Shown here: positions 1 through 12,943 of the stretch, one piece after another
Position numbering within the stretch: position 1 is the stretch's first letter
Layout: each line of letters starts with the position of its first letter
Assembly: GCF_009914755.1 (NCBI RefSeq)
Contig: NC_060928.1
Source of the DNA: the human T2T-CHM13v2.0 reference genome, Homo sapiens
Length of the DNA: 64,000 bases
Direction: 5' to 3' (one strand)
The notes under the pieces: model-generated
Told to the model about the DNA's origin: nothing
Databases searched by the model: none
The model's input: the letters and a program-made list of their open reading frames with translations, nothing else
Made by a program: the position numbers and the translations under genes

Positions 1-392
1 TTTCCTTGGGGGATGGAGAAAACAGTGGTTTAAGGTTTATCGAAATAGATTTTGGAAGTGGAAGGTTTTAAAGCCTACGGGATACTCCATCTCAGATTTG
101 CTGCCTCTGATGAATTTCAGGACAGCTAGAAGAGCAGCCCTGAAATGCTGGGTACATGTGGATTTTTCTCAGGAAAATATCCGTAACTTTGATCAGCTTT
201 TTAAATGGGTCTCTGACCCAAAAGAGTTTTAAATCTTTTGAAAATATAGACTACTGTCCTTTTCCCCTCATCTCTCCTGGAGTTTAATGTTGAGTTCTGC
301 TCATTGTGTTAACTATTTTTCTGAAGGTTAGCTGATCATAATACAGAGTTCTGTCTTCAGACCTATAACTTAAGTTATGAGAAACAGTATGA

Positions 393-575
393 ATAATAAC
401 TAACATTGTTGAGTTCTTATTATGTATCAGACATTGTTCTAAGGATGTATTTTTTAAAAACATCGTAATAAACTTATGTGGTAGGCAATATATTTTACAG
501 CTGAGGAAATTATCAAGGTCACAGAGCTAGAAAGTGGTAGAGTTGGAATTCCAACTGAGACAAGTTTAAGACTGG
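393..575 (-). mobile_element. MIR SINE remnant
   Basis: Resembles the reverse-complement MIR core (ataataactaacattgttgag...attttacagctgaggaaa...aaggtcacagagctagaaagtggtagag). Confidence 0.75.
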
Positions 576-1300
576 TGGTATTTATGGAGGATGGTATTAT
601 TTGCATACAAATATTTCGTACAATTTGACAGTGATAATCCCTACTTATTTTCAGGCAGCGTTGTAATGGTAGAATGCCGGTTTTAAAGTAATGTTTGTAT
701 GGTACTTGTGCAATTGACATTATTATATATTTAAAGATTATCTTTATAATCAAATAATATTCATTTGAGTGTCAAATATGTGTTTGGTATATTGGAGAAA
801 TTTCCTTTATGGTCCCTGAATGAAAACATTTGTCTAATCTGCATCACTTTCTGCTGAAAGAGCCTGACAAATAGTAGGCAAATGTGGATTGATCTAGATA
901 TCTGTCTCTGCCTATCTATGTATCCCTTCTTCCATACAACTAGAAGTCTGGGATTCATGGAGAGGTCAGAGAAGAAGAGTTTCCCATAATATCCCAACTG
1001 GAGATGATATAGTTAACTATTTGGGACATCCTCTCTTCAGAAGGCATTATGGTAGAAGGTTTGGCAAGAAGCCACTTCTTTTGCTCGATATTAGCTCTTT
1101 GATTTACTTACCCGTTGATTACAGTAACTGCATGAGACTACTGACACTGAACATTGCTTAAATACTTGCTGCTGTCCTATAGGAATGGGTTGGATGGAAA
1201 AATTCCATAGAGGAGTTGAAGGAAAAATTGTTATTTTAGTGAGTACTGGAATGCACTAACACCTATTTGATGGTAAATTTCACTAATTAAATACTATCAA

Positions 1301-1382
1301 CTATATGTCTATATGTGTGCATATATGACTATATGTGTATATATACTGTGTATGTGCATATATGTGTGTGTATGTATATATT
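1301..1382. repeat. Degenerate (TA/TG)n simple repeat
   Basis: Directly visible: tatatgtgtgcatatatgactatatgtgtatatatactgtgtatgtgcatatatgtgtgtgtatgtatata. Confidence 0.8.
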
Positions 1383-2707
1383 GTACTGTACTATTTGTTA
1401 ACAGCTGTGGGCAGACAAGGTTTACTTTTTACTCAGCTTCCAGACTGTATTGAATATATAAACATAAGAAGCTAAGAAATCTTGACAGAAAGCCTGAAGG
1501 ACAAATTATTGTTATTAACAGTGCCATTCCAGTAGGAACCTAATGTGAATTTGAAAGTTTCAAAGAGGAAGCCTCTGCTATGTTTCAGCCACCATACTGG
1601 CACTTCATCTGTATGTCCTCATTGAATTTGAATAACCATTGCATTTTTATCCTGAATTTACAAAGAAAAAAAAAAAAAGACATGCAGAGTTTTGCTTGCA
1701 TTAGGACACAACTAGGTAAGACAGACACTCCACTGAGATTTATCTTGATTCTAATGTTAATGCTCCTTTTCGGATATCATATGCATTCTCTTCTAAGAAA
1801 ACTCAGGTGTTCAGTGTACTGACAACTAAAATGCTGCTATCCTTACCTTGAAATAGACCCTGGTCACCATTTGGGGTGATTTAATGCTATTTATGAATTT
1901 GCCTATGTCAAAGAATATTGCCCTTTTTTAAACAAACAAAAAAAAAAGTTGTTTAGTGCTGGAGTCAGAAAGAGGAGAAAAAGAGGCTCTTTAATCTCAG
2001 TTTAGTTCAATAATATTATTTGTCCACATTTCACATCCAGAGCCAGGGTATTTGTATGCATTTATTTTATAGTGTTTCATCCCACTGCAGGGGCAGAAGA
2101 CTCTATGTAGACCGTATAAAAATGGATTTTTAAAAAGTCTGCATGTAATACACAGTTGTTTCTTCTCTAAATGCTAATAGTTCCTCCAAGTGCTGACAGG
2201 GTGCAGACAAAATCAGGAAAGTGACAAATTATTTTGTGAAATGAGGGAATTGAAACTGAAAATGGTTGTAGAACAGGAAAATATGATGGTTGTAAGGTTG
2301 ATGGCGGTGGTGGTGGGGGTAAGCTCTGCTTATCATTGTGACACACGAAAGGAGCCCAGAGAGGGTCTTTGGTCCCTTATATCACTGAATGCTACTTCTC
2401 CTTCCTGGGTATTTTGCTTATGTGCCTTCTAATAGAAATCTGACAAAGTAGTCCTTGCACACTGTTAGCACTGACCTCTAAAATTATCAAATGATTTTTT
2501 CTTAATTGAACATTTTACTGTTAAAGATTTTCTATTTTCCTGACTCATCTGCAACAAAAATAAGTACATAAAACTTGATTTTTTATTTGAAGGATTTTCG
2601 TTGTGAAAATTATTCTAGCTTATGTTATTTAAAACACTATCATTATAAAATTAATCAAAGGAACCATTAATTTTTGATAAGTGATTATTAAGCATAAAAC
2701 TAAAACA

Positions 2708-3210
2708 TATATACCCAAAGGATTATAAATCATGCTGCTGTAAAGACACATGTTTATTGCAGCACTATTCACAATAGCAAAGACTTGGAACCAACCCAAA
2801 TGTCCATCAATGTTAGACTGAATTAAGAAAATGTGGCACATATACACCATAGAATACTATGCAGCCATAAAAAAGGATGAGTTCATGTCCTTTGTAGGGA
2901 CGTGGATGAAGCTGGAAACCATCATTCTCAGCAAACTATTGCAAGGACAAAAAACCAAACACCGCATGTTCTCACTCATAGGTGGGAATTGAACAATGAG
3001 AACACCTGGACACAGGAAGGGGAACATCACACACCGGGGCCTGTCATGGGGTGGGGGGAGGGGGGAGGGATAGCATTAGGAGATATACCTAATGTAAATG
3101 ACGAGTTAATGGGTGCAGCACACCAACATGGCGCATGTATACATATGTAACAAACCTGCACGTTGTGCACATGTACCCTAGAACTTAAAGTATAATTTAA
3201 AAAAAAAAAA
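2708..3210 (+). mobile_element. 5'-truncated L1PA (about L1PA4-6): ORF2 C-terminus, 3'UTR and polyA
   Basis: Translates to the L1 ORF2 C-terminus (IYPKDYKSCC...FTIAKTWNQPKCPS...MWHIYTIEYYAAIKKDEFMSFVGTWMKLETIILSKL...HRMFSLIGGN*). G-rich 3'UTR tract at 3047-3069, ends gaacttaaagtataat plus A12. Confidence 0.97.
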
Positions 3211-3411
3211 GCCGCAATGTGGTTTTCGAGCTTCTAGAAACTTAGAAAGGTGCTAAGTGCTAAGGAAATTTCTTGCATCAGTGCTTTGAATGTAAATTAT
3301 TTTTGTTGAAAAGTGTGAATATCGCTACGTTTTGTGGAGTTTTGAAAACAAAACCTGTATTGGAGAATAATAATAATAATAATAAATAATAACGTGCTCT
3401 TGAAAAAAAAA
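3211..3411 (+). other. Putative L1 3'-transduced segment with its own AATAAA and second polyA
   Basis: AATAAA at 3381-3386 and A-run at 3403-3411. The 12-mer aaaactaaaaca occurs at 2696-2707 (before the L1) and 3408-3419 (after this segment). Confidence 0.8.
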
Positions 3412-4499
3412 CTAAAACAATATTGGAAATATATATCATACAACTAGATATGTCAATGCTTTGATTAAAGATGTCTCTTATATCAACTTTTCAAATTGCC
3501 CCTTTATTTGGCACCCTGGTGAGGCAAGGCACATGTTAAGATTCTGGATAGGGAGAGATAGGCATTTTTTTCCTAAAGTGGGAGAAGGGTAATTATGAAA
3601 GAGGAAGTGAGGAAGGAGAACTTGCCAGAAATCTGCCTGCTTTGGGCACACATCAGGCATATCTCTGGTAAAAGGGGCTCCTATGGAAGTAACGGATCTT
3701 GAAATTGGTTCCTTTAGAACCGTCTATGTCCACAAAGCCCTGGGAAAGTTGTAGGGTATGCCAGAGGTGCGTGTTGTTCAGTTGGGATATATAGTTCAGC
3801 CTTCTTTCCCACACCCTCCCTTTGGCTTCTGGATTACCATGGGTTACTGTGCTTAAAGCAAAGTACAGGGAGTAGGATGGGGAGCAGTAAAGAGCCTGGG
3901 CTAGCTTCTGTAGAGGTTTCCCACTGGGGACTAGTGCGAAATAAGCTCTAGTAGGGCTTGGATAGCCTCTGCAGTGCAGTCTCCTCTTCTAGCCTCAGCT
4001 GCAGTCACCTTGCCTCAGTGTCCAGACACACTTGCCATTCTTTGTCAGCCTTCATGGGTCCTGCTCAAAATGTTAACCCTCTATAACTTTTTCTGTCCCC
4101 ACCTACTGCCCAGGCAGAATTATTTTCTCCCTTACATGAATTCATTTGGTGCTGTCTACATTCCCTTATAACAGCTTTAATGTCTGTAAACTCATTTTTA
4201 TGTGTCTGACTCTACACTTACATTTTGAGTAAGGGCAATGTGCTCCATGTGCTTAGCAGAGGGTTGGTCAGAGTCTATTTGTATTGACTTCAGCATGAGT
4301 CAATCATCTTTCAAGTGTTTGACAGCTAAGCAAACAACTGTAAAAGAGGTAGGAAACATAAGTAATATAGCAAAACAATGTTGGAATACTGTAATAAAAA
4401 TAGTATTTTAGGGAAATTAGTTTGAGGTAGAATTTATTGAAGAAAAGACAATTAGAGATAAGGAAACCAGCTAGAAATTCATCACAGTTAATTCAGGAG

Positions 4500-5592
4500 T
4501 GTAGTTTCATTCTCATTATCTGCTCAAGGACATAACTCTAGTAATTCATTCTTTCTCTCCATCACCATTTTTTTCTCTGTCTCTTATGGGTCTTTCCCAA
4601 TACCATGTAGCCATGCTATAACTTCTGCCATTTTTAAAAAAGACTCATGTTTTTCTCCTCATGTTTCTGCTCACTTCTATATCTGCTTTTTTCTGCCCAC
4701 ATTTTACAGGAAAACTTACAACCTTAACTATATTCTCTGTTTCCAGTTTTCCTCTCTCCTTTCTCTCCTGAACCAGCCAGGCTGTCATCTCCACTGCTCC
4801 ACTAGAAATACACTTGTCAAAGGTACCACGAACATCCCTTTTATTAAATCCAGTAGTTAGTTATTGGGTCCCTTCCTATGTACCCTTTCAGCAGGACCTG
4901 AGAGTTCTTCATGTGGCTTCCAAGCCACTCCCCTTCTCCTTATTTTCCTTTTACCATACCAGCAACAATTTCAGTCTCCTTTTACCTTACCAGCAACAAT
5001 TTCAGTCTCTGTCTAGTTCCTAATTTCCCTAACATGTAAATATAGCTGTCTGAGGGCTCAGTCCTTAGGCCTGTTCTCTATCTGTACTCTCTGTCTTGGT
5101 GATCTCATCTAGTGTCATGGTTTTTAATCCCTTCTTACATTGATGATTCACAAATGTACGGGTGAATCTAGCCATGACCTCTCCCCTGAACTCCAGACTC
5201 ATTTAGCAGTCTATTTAGCTGTTATTCAACCATCTCTGATTGGATGTCTAATACTCACTGGATTCCTGCCTTTACTGCCATATCTGCTTGCTCCACCTTC
5301 TTCCTCATCTTACCTGATGTCAATTTCATTCTCTTAGTTCCATAGATAATCAATCAATCTATCTTGGGTTTGTCCTTAACGTCTCTTTATGTCATATTCC
5401 ACGTTGAATCTGCCACCAAATTATTTAGCTAGGCCTTCAAAATATACCCTACATCCTATCTCTTCTCACCCTTTTTTTCAGTGCTGTCACCTGGGTTCAA
5501 GTTGCTATCATGTCTCACAGTATTATTGCAAAAGTGCCTGCTGCTTGTCCCCTTATCTCCACTCCAGCCTGTTCTCAACATAGCAGCCACAG
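4500..5592 (+). mobile_element. L2 LINE remnant (5' piece of a copy that continues at 7516-8360)
   Basis: Typical L2 motifs: gagggctcagtccttaggcc, ggtgatctcatctagtgtcatggtttt, gacctctcccctgaactccagactc, ctcaacatagcagccacag. Confidence 0.8.
4946..5009. repeat. 31-bp tandem duplication (1 mismatch)
   Basis: tccttttaccataccagcaacaatttcagtc at 4946-4976 and tccttttaccttaccagcaacaatttcagtc at 4977-5007. Confidence 0.95.
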
Positions 5593-7515
5593 TGTTTTGG
5601 TTACCTGTCCCTGCATCTAAAGGATCAACAGCCATAAAACAAGAACAAAACAAAACAACACCCCCAGAACTTAGTGACTTGAATAACAATAATTTGTTAT
5701 TTATCGTGATCTTGTAATCTGGGCTACTTTCGGCTGCTTGACTCCTCCTAGGCTGCTGGAGATGAGACATTCAAGAAAGCATCTTCCTTCACATGTCTAG
5801 AACATCAGCTTGGATAGCTGGAAAGCTCATGGCTGGCCAAGCATCCATCTCTCCGTATGTGACCCCTATACATGACTAACTTGGACTTTACATAATGTTG
5901 GCCTCAAGTAGTTGTATCATTTAACTAATTATTGACTTTCAGGATCCCCCATAGCTTATCTCGTTATGGCATCAAACTCAGACTTTAAGTCTCTAAACTG
6001 GATCTCCAGATGAGGATGATATTTCTCTGATGTAGTTTCTTGAGTGCAGCAACCTGTAGCTAAAAAGATAGGTTATCTGTGACCTTCCCCTTGTCCCAAC
6101 ATACAATGGTAAAACAAAAATAGGACAATTGCTTTAAAAAAATACCATTTCAAAACAAGACAATAGAAGGCATATAACAGTTGCTAGTCCATAGCAAGTC
6201 TAAATAGAGCCGGCATATATCCCAAGTTCTTGCTCTGGAAGCAATACATGTTCCGGATTAAGGTTTAAATTTGTTCCCTAGGAGTGATCCTCTGTGGCTC
6301 TTAACTTCATCTTTTGCACTTTGGGCTCCTTTTCTCATTCTTTCTTTCTTTTCTATGAGAAATAATTTTTGCTATTCTTTGCAGTGGCGTAGCCTGCTTT
6401 CTGATGTTAGAGGGTTAATAATTTAGAGACCTTTTATATACTCACTTTTGTTTAACTGCTTTTTGTTTTTAAGTTCAATGATATTTAGAATTCGGGGGGC
6501 TTCCTATGAATTTTATTGAGATTCATTCACTCCGTTAGATAAAAGACATAACCAGAAAATCCTTGAGACAAGTTCCACTTTAATTTTTTGGGAAGTCAAG
6601 GTGCCATAGAAACCCTTACCATTTTTAGAAGCCTTTTGACTAGTTGGCAAGGTCTGTGAGACATCATTTTAAATCTTTCAGAGTTCTTAATGAAGGGCCT
6701 CCATGCCACACACCTGATTTGATCTCCAACCTGAGAGCACATGTAATAGTAGAGCCTGGATTTGATCTTTGCCCTGAAACTACTTATTTCTTGGAGAATC
6801 TTTTGCTGCCTGGAAAGGCAAGAATGAGAATAGGTGTTATTTTCCAATCTAGCAAGTCTTAGGTTGAACTATTTCGTCACTGCATTTCTAGCCTTCACTA
6901 ACAGGGTCCTTGCCTCTCTCCAGGTGTCTTCCCACCACTCAGTCTCATAGTAGTTTCAATGTCAATTACTAATTTCCATATAATAGACTACCCCAACACT
7001 TAGTGGTATAAAATAAGAACCATTTTATTTTCTCAAGCCTAAGAATTAGGACAAAACACAAAGAGAATGACTTGTCTCTACACTGCAATGTATGTGGCCT
7101 CAGATGGTATGACTCAATGGTCAAGGGATGTCTGAGATGGCTCAGACATTAAGTCACACATATAGAGCCTCAGTTCTGGCTGTTGTCTGGGCTCCTTGGT
7201 TCTCCTCCACTTAGTCTTTCCACATGGCTAAACTGGACTTTCTCACAGCACGGTAGTTTCAGGGTTGTCAGACTCTTCACAACTTGGCCAACTTCTATAA
7301 GAGAGGAAGTTGGAGCTGTAATCACTTAAGGCTTGGATATGGAATTTCCAGACTTTAACATTTGTTTTATTCTTTTGGGAAAAGCAAGTCAGAAGGCCAC
7401 CCAGATTGAAGGGGAGACGACATAGATTCCACCTTTTGATTAGTAGAGTGTCATGCATGTTCATGGGGGGAAGGCACTGACTGATGGCAGCTGTCTTTGG
7501 AGATTATCCACCACA
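5593..7515 (-). mobile_element. Old MaLR (MLT1H/J-like) LTR - internal - LTR remnant nested in L2
   Basis: LTR-like blocks at about 5593-5940 and 6950-7515 (cccca.aacttagtg, aagtcagaaggccacccagattgaagggg...gattccaccttttgat, terminal ccaccaca) flank MLT-int-like sequence (ccaacatacaatggt...ataggacaa). L2 resumes at 7516. Confidence 0.65.
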
Positions 7516-8360
7516 AAGGGTAATCCGGTTAAAATATTAATCAGGTTATGCTACTCCTCTATTCCAAACCCCACATGGTTCTCCCATCTCACTCTAATAA
7601 AAGCCAAATTCTGTTACAGTGGATATTAAGTCTCTTAAGTGATTTGTACCCCTGATGTCTGCCATCTGCTACTCTTCCCTTAGCTCACTGAGTCAGTTAC
7701 ACTGGCACCTTTTCTATTCACCAACCATACTACTATGTTCTTGTCTAAGAGTCTTTTACCTTGCTGTTCCTTCTTCCTAGAATGCTTTTCTCTCAGATAT
7801 CACCCCCTTCCCCATACCTGCTTTGGGGTTTGTCTCAAATATCCCTGTTGCAATGAAGTAATCCTTGACTGATGTACTTCAAATTGCAGCCTCACCAGCA
7901 CTCCCTGTCCCAACCCTGTTTGGGAATTCAGATTATTTTTCAGATTTTGGAAAGTAATATAGTGTGTTTACTATATATCATGTAACGACCAAGCTTATTC
8001 AGGTACTTCCTCAAAAGGGAATAAATACAGCTTACACATAGTCTAATGTTAGTTCAGCTTGTGTTTTGTTAATCAGTGAATTAAGGAGAAACTTTCAGTT
8101 TTTGGAGCTTTTTTGATTTAATATTTTCATATAAGGGACTATGGACTTGTATGTTTTATTGAATTATTTGATTATTAACATCTCCCTTCATTAGAATATG
8201 AACCACAGGAGAACATGCAGTTTTGTTATTTTATTCATTGCTATATTCCCATCACCTATTAGTGCTAGGCATATGGTAGTCTCTCAACAAATATTTGCTT
8301 GAGTATTTAAAGCAATATTTAAAACAAAAATGAATGAGGGAATGAATGGATTAATGAATG
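7516..8360 (+). mobile_element. L2 3' part, interrupted by MER46C
   Basis: Motifs cttgctgttccttcttcctagaatgcttttc and the L2 terminus gtgctaggcatatggtagtctctcaacaaatatttg...tgaatgaatg. Confidence 0.8.
7918..8150 (+). mobile_element. MER46C-like TcMar-Tigger non-autonomous element
   Basis: cagattttggaaag...ttttggagcttttttgatt...ataagggactatggacttgta resembles the MER46C end. Confidence 0.55.
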
Positions 8361-10869
8361 CTAAGTAGTAGGGTACTGCAAATAGAATGGAGAATAGAAA
8401 GACAAGCTAATTTCAAGGAAGATTTGATATACCAGTGTTCTATTTATTCATTGAATTGATTTTGGCACTTCAGCAGTTAATAATTTTGAGTGCCTAATAT
8501 GGGCTGGGGACTTTCCTAAATACTTGACTGGTCTTGATTGAGTGGGAGGAGCAGAGCACAGCGAAGAGTCAGAGAATGCCGAAGATTTTAACCATGAGAG
8601 TCAGGAAAGATAAACATGTTAGGAACAGATATATATTACAGCTAACACATGGGGCAAGGTAGGGGAATGGATGAACTTGATTTTGGAAATATCACGATTG
8701 AGTTAAAAGTGGAATAAACTACTTAAAATGTCCTGTAAGTGATTAGAAGTACTGGATTGAAGATTGGATAAGCTATTTGTACAAGATTTGGGTTTGTGAA
8801 TTAAGTAAAGAATTATTGGTTAAAACAAATGGTCAGGATATTTCCCCAGGAGGCAAATGTATATATAGATGGCTTAGGGTCACATAAGACAACTAGAGGG
8901 ACTGTCACTGAGCTAAGCACCCTGAAAGAGGAGATATTCGGGAAGGCCTTCGAGGAGGAATTGACCAGCTCCCAGGTCTTCAAAAGAGAAGGCTAGGCTT
9001 TTTACACCTCCTAGACCTTGCCTTCCTGTCATACTTGCTCTGTCTGCTGCTCTCTAGAGGGATTTTAATCCCTCATATGCTTATTCTTACATAGGGATCA
9101 TCTTTAAAGACTCACTTTCTCTGTGACGTTTTCCTGGCGAGACACTATCTTTACCTCCTGTCTTGCCTGACACCTTTCCTTTGTGTGTTCTCCACCTGAT
9201 AGATACTTCTCTCATAGTATCTGCAGTGTTTCACTGTATTTATCTGTGTTCATATTGCCTCTCCGGCAGGTAAATGATAAAGGTCATAGATGAGAAGAAT
9301 TGTGATGGTGGAGTTGGAAGGGCTGAAGTTTGAGAAACACTGCATTCTTATGTGTCTAACACCTTGTCTGGCACATAGTAGAGCTATAATAATGTTATTC
9401 TTGTTGTCAATGATCCAACATATATTCCTGAGGGGTCAAGTTAGATCAGGTTCTGAGAAAAGGAGTTTGACCATATTTGACTCATAGTATATTACTGGTG
9501 ATCACATGGCTTTTGGGAAACTATTCACAGCATATTTCCTATTATCAGGGTCAGGAAGGGAAATAGAATTTTCTGGGGATGTACTTTGGGCCAGGTTACA
9601 AATAGAATCTTTAACTTCCTTATTAGGAGTATGAGTTTTAGAGAACTGAAAACAAATACGTTTGTTTAATATTTTGTGCCAGTTTTATTATAGAGGGGAT
9701 AATTTTATAAATTTGCAAAGTAAATGCTTCAGTAAATGAAAGGAAATTAAAACAAGGCACATCTTATTCTCTAAATTCCTTCAAACAGAAATCCTTTCAT
9801 TTTCTTTATTTTATTTGCCGAGTATTTTGAGAAGTTATTTCAGTAGGACAAAAAAGATGAGAGAAATTGTGTGAAAATAATAGTATTGCGGAAGTTTAAT
9901 TTATTTAGTGTCTCTTCTCCTGAGGGTTTAAGAGAAGAAATATGGTTTCTTCTCTTGTTATGCTGTTAAAAAAATTTGCAGTTACCTCAAATATCAGATT
10001 AAAATCTGTATTTGGTATCTTTAGATTCTACTCCTGAAAAGCAAGATCCTTGTAAAGAACCTCTAAAACTGGAAAGATGTGATTATGCTGATGGCTTATT
10101 TGACTTGATATTGAGGCATTCATCTTCTAAACCTTGGCCTTTCTTAAGTCAAACCATATTACTCTGAGCCGCTGCAACTTATAAAGCATGGCTTCCAGGC
10201 TAAGGTGTTTAAACCAAAGAGGCTAACAGCACACCAAAAGTTCTAAACAATAGTGGATATTTATTGATCACTTTCTCTGTACATGGCTCCCTGCCAAGTG
10301 CTGTGAAGGATAAAAAGACGCAGCACATTTGATTCTCTTTAGGAACTTATTGTCTCGTGGAACAATTATTGTTTGCATGTAAACAGCTGAGTGTCCAGGA
10401 TACTGAACTACTCTCTGCCCCTAAACACAACACACTTCCTTTCATAGCCAAATATTTTGACATGTTTCTCTCATTGGAATGCACTACTTCATCCAGTATC
10501 TCTTCCGTGCCCCCTTCTCCTGACTCGCCTGGTCCAGAAATCTCAGTCTGATAATGCCTTCTCTGGGAATATTGTCCTAAATGTCCAAAGTTGGGTTAGG
10601 TGTCTTTCATTCTTAACTTCATTCCATAAATATTTCAATAGTTAACATTTATTTTCACCCATAGTCCCAAGTACGTTAACATATGTAGCATTCTCAAACT
10701 CATGAGATACTTTCCTTCCCACTTTTCAGATAAGTAAACTGAAGCACCAGGAAGTGTGGTGACTGGTGCAGGGACTACCAGTAGGAAGTGGTGGAACTGG
10801 AGCTTGAACTCAGGTTTCTCTCTCAAGCATGCACACTTCCTATAGAGGGTGCTACCTTGCTGGTGCAAT

Positions 10870-11375
10870 TAATAAGAATTATAAAGATTAAAAGAGAGGA
10901 GGTGAAATTTTCATTATTTATAGATGAAAGCCATACAAATTAACAAGCTACTAAAACAAATGGGAGAGCTCAGAAAAGTTGCCAGACCAAAGATTTTTAA
11001 AAATCAATAACATTTTTCAATAGTAAATAAAGCATTAGCTAACATAACACAACAGTAAAACAAACCAGCAACACAACCTTCCCCAGTAGGAGCACGCTTG
11101 CTGCAATTAAATATGGTTTATTTGAGGATTGTCTGGATGGCTCAACATCAGAAAATCTATCAAAATAATCTTAAGGATATAGGAAAAGTTAGTGTCAAGT
11201 TCTGAGAAGAATAAAAATAGATTGGATTTTCCAAAACTGACTAAAGTATATCTATGAAAAATCTATAGTAAACAACAAATTTAATACAGGGCTCAGAAAA
11301 ACATTTTTTGTTTTACATTTTGGGAGACGATGAGGATGCCAGTGTTGGCACAACTATTCAGTAAAGTGATGAAGA
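10870..11375 (+). mobile_element. Very old L1 (L1ME-type) ORF2 fragments
   Basis: Degenerate RT-region motifs (ggatggctcaacatcagaaaatctatcaa, atctatgaaaaatctatagtaaaca, gaggatgcca...caactattca). Confidence 0.5.
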
Positions 11376-12129
11376 CAAAAATAATAATCACCATTCATTT
11401 GTATTGAGTGTTTACCTATGTGCCAAGCAGTATAAAAGCAAAAGTGGTGGATTAGCCATTGGTGCAAGGAGATGGTGAAACTCCCATCTTCCTACTCCTC
11501 CAAGGTAGAGGTGATAATTGAACTACAGTGAGCCAGGATGAAATGGAGTTGTCACAGAAAATTGTAACTAGGATGCTTAATTTATTGTTCTGACCCAGAA
11601 TGTAGCTATTTGGACATAATGGAATGGAGCAAATTACAATATAGTAGAATTTGGGTGGTACCAATGATGGTGTAGGATAGTTAGATCTAAGCTGTGAGAT
11701 GAAAAAATCCCTCAATGTCTACTAGTAACTGCGCTTTAGATATAGTCAATACATATGGAGGTGCAAGCCCCAAACATACTGTTATCATGGATTTTATGGA
11801 TGAAGCAGAGCCCTTTTGAAATTGAAGTTAATATGGAGAAGCAGCACAATGCATAGCATATGCTTTGTGCTATGGTAACTGAATGAACTTCTGGTGAAGA
11901 ATTAAAGGAGGGATCCAAAACACATTGCTAAATTTCAATTTAACCTCTTTATGTAAAATTGAACAATACATTTAATTTCTCTGCACTTATTATTCTCTTC
12001 TTGAAAATTAAGATAATTAGACCAGAGAAAATCCCTTTGGTGTTGAATCTGGTGGTTCAGGAAACCAACATAACATGGATGGATTCTATCATATGCTGAG
12101 ATTTTCAACCTGTCATCTTTATAGATGTT

Positions 12130-12292
12130 ACTTAGGCACTGGAAGGGACTTTAGACACCTCCAGTCTAATCTCCGTATTTTAAAGACAAGGTAACTGACA
12201 CTTAAAGACATAAAGTACCTTGCTAGTGTCACATAGCTGTTTAAAGGCAGAATCAAGCCTAGGGTCCAAGTCTCTAGACCCCAGTCCATTCC
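12130..12292 (-). mobile_element. MIR/MIR3 remnant
   Basis: ctggaagggactttagacacctccagtctaatc...gtaactgacac...gtcacatagctg...ggcagaatc. Confidence 0.7.
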
Positions 12293-12491
12293 ATGGTTCT
12301 GGTAAGATTAGGAAAGCTCCACATTTCATCAAGAAGTTCTCAATCTCAATTTTACATGAACTATAGTTTTGGAAATTGTAATATGTTAATGATGAATAGA
12401 TGGGAATGATGGTAGTCTGTATGGAGTATAATAAAAGAATAGATGAACACTTCCACCATTATTTACACAACACATCCAAAGAGATTCCACA

Positions 12492-12943
12492 GTGTGCGTG
12501 TGTGTATATATACACACCATATATATATATACACACACACCATCTATATATATACATATATATAAACACATATATATACACATACACAATGAAATACTAT
12601 TCAGCCATAAAAATATTAAAATCACGTCTTTTGCAGCAACATGACGGAATTGGAGGCCATTATCTCAAGTGAAACAAATCAAAACAGAAAGTCAAATGTG
12701 GTATATTGTCACTTAGAAGTGGGGGCTAAGTGATGTGTACACATGGACATAGAATGTGGAATAATAGTCATTGGAGAATCCAAAAGGTTTGGAGGATGGA
12801 AAGAGGTTGAGGGATGAGAGATTACTTAATTGTACAATGTACATTATTCTGGTGATGGTTACACTAATAGCCCAGACTTTACCTCTATGCAGTATAGCCA
12901 TGTAACAAAACTGCCTTTGTATGCCTTACATTTTATTTTTTTA
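12492..12943 (+). mobile_element. L1MA1/2- or L1PB4-like 3' end with an internal (TA/CA)n expansion
   Basis: acaatgaaatactattcagccataaaaa...gagggatgagagattacttaattgtacaatgtacattattctggtgatggttacactaatagcccagactt...gtaacaaaactgc. Simple repeat at 12492-12586. Confidence 0.9.

Noticed and set aside
1183-1238. 56-nt exon-like segment (cctatag...gtgagt; GMGWMEKFHRGVEGKIVIL)
   Set aside because: Weak donor context (TTA|gt), unrecognised peptide, and expected by chance in 64 kb.
3047-3069. G-quadruplex-forming tract
   Set aside because: It is the normal G-rich tract of the L1PA 3'UTR, not specific to this locus.
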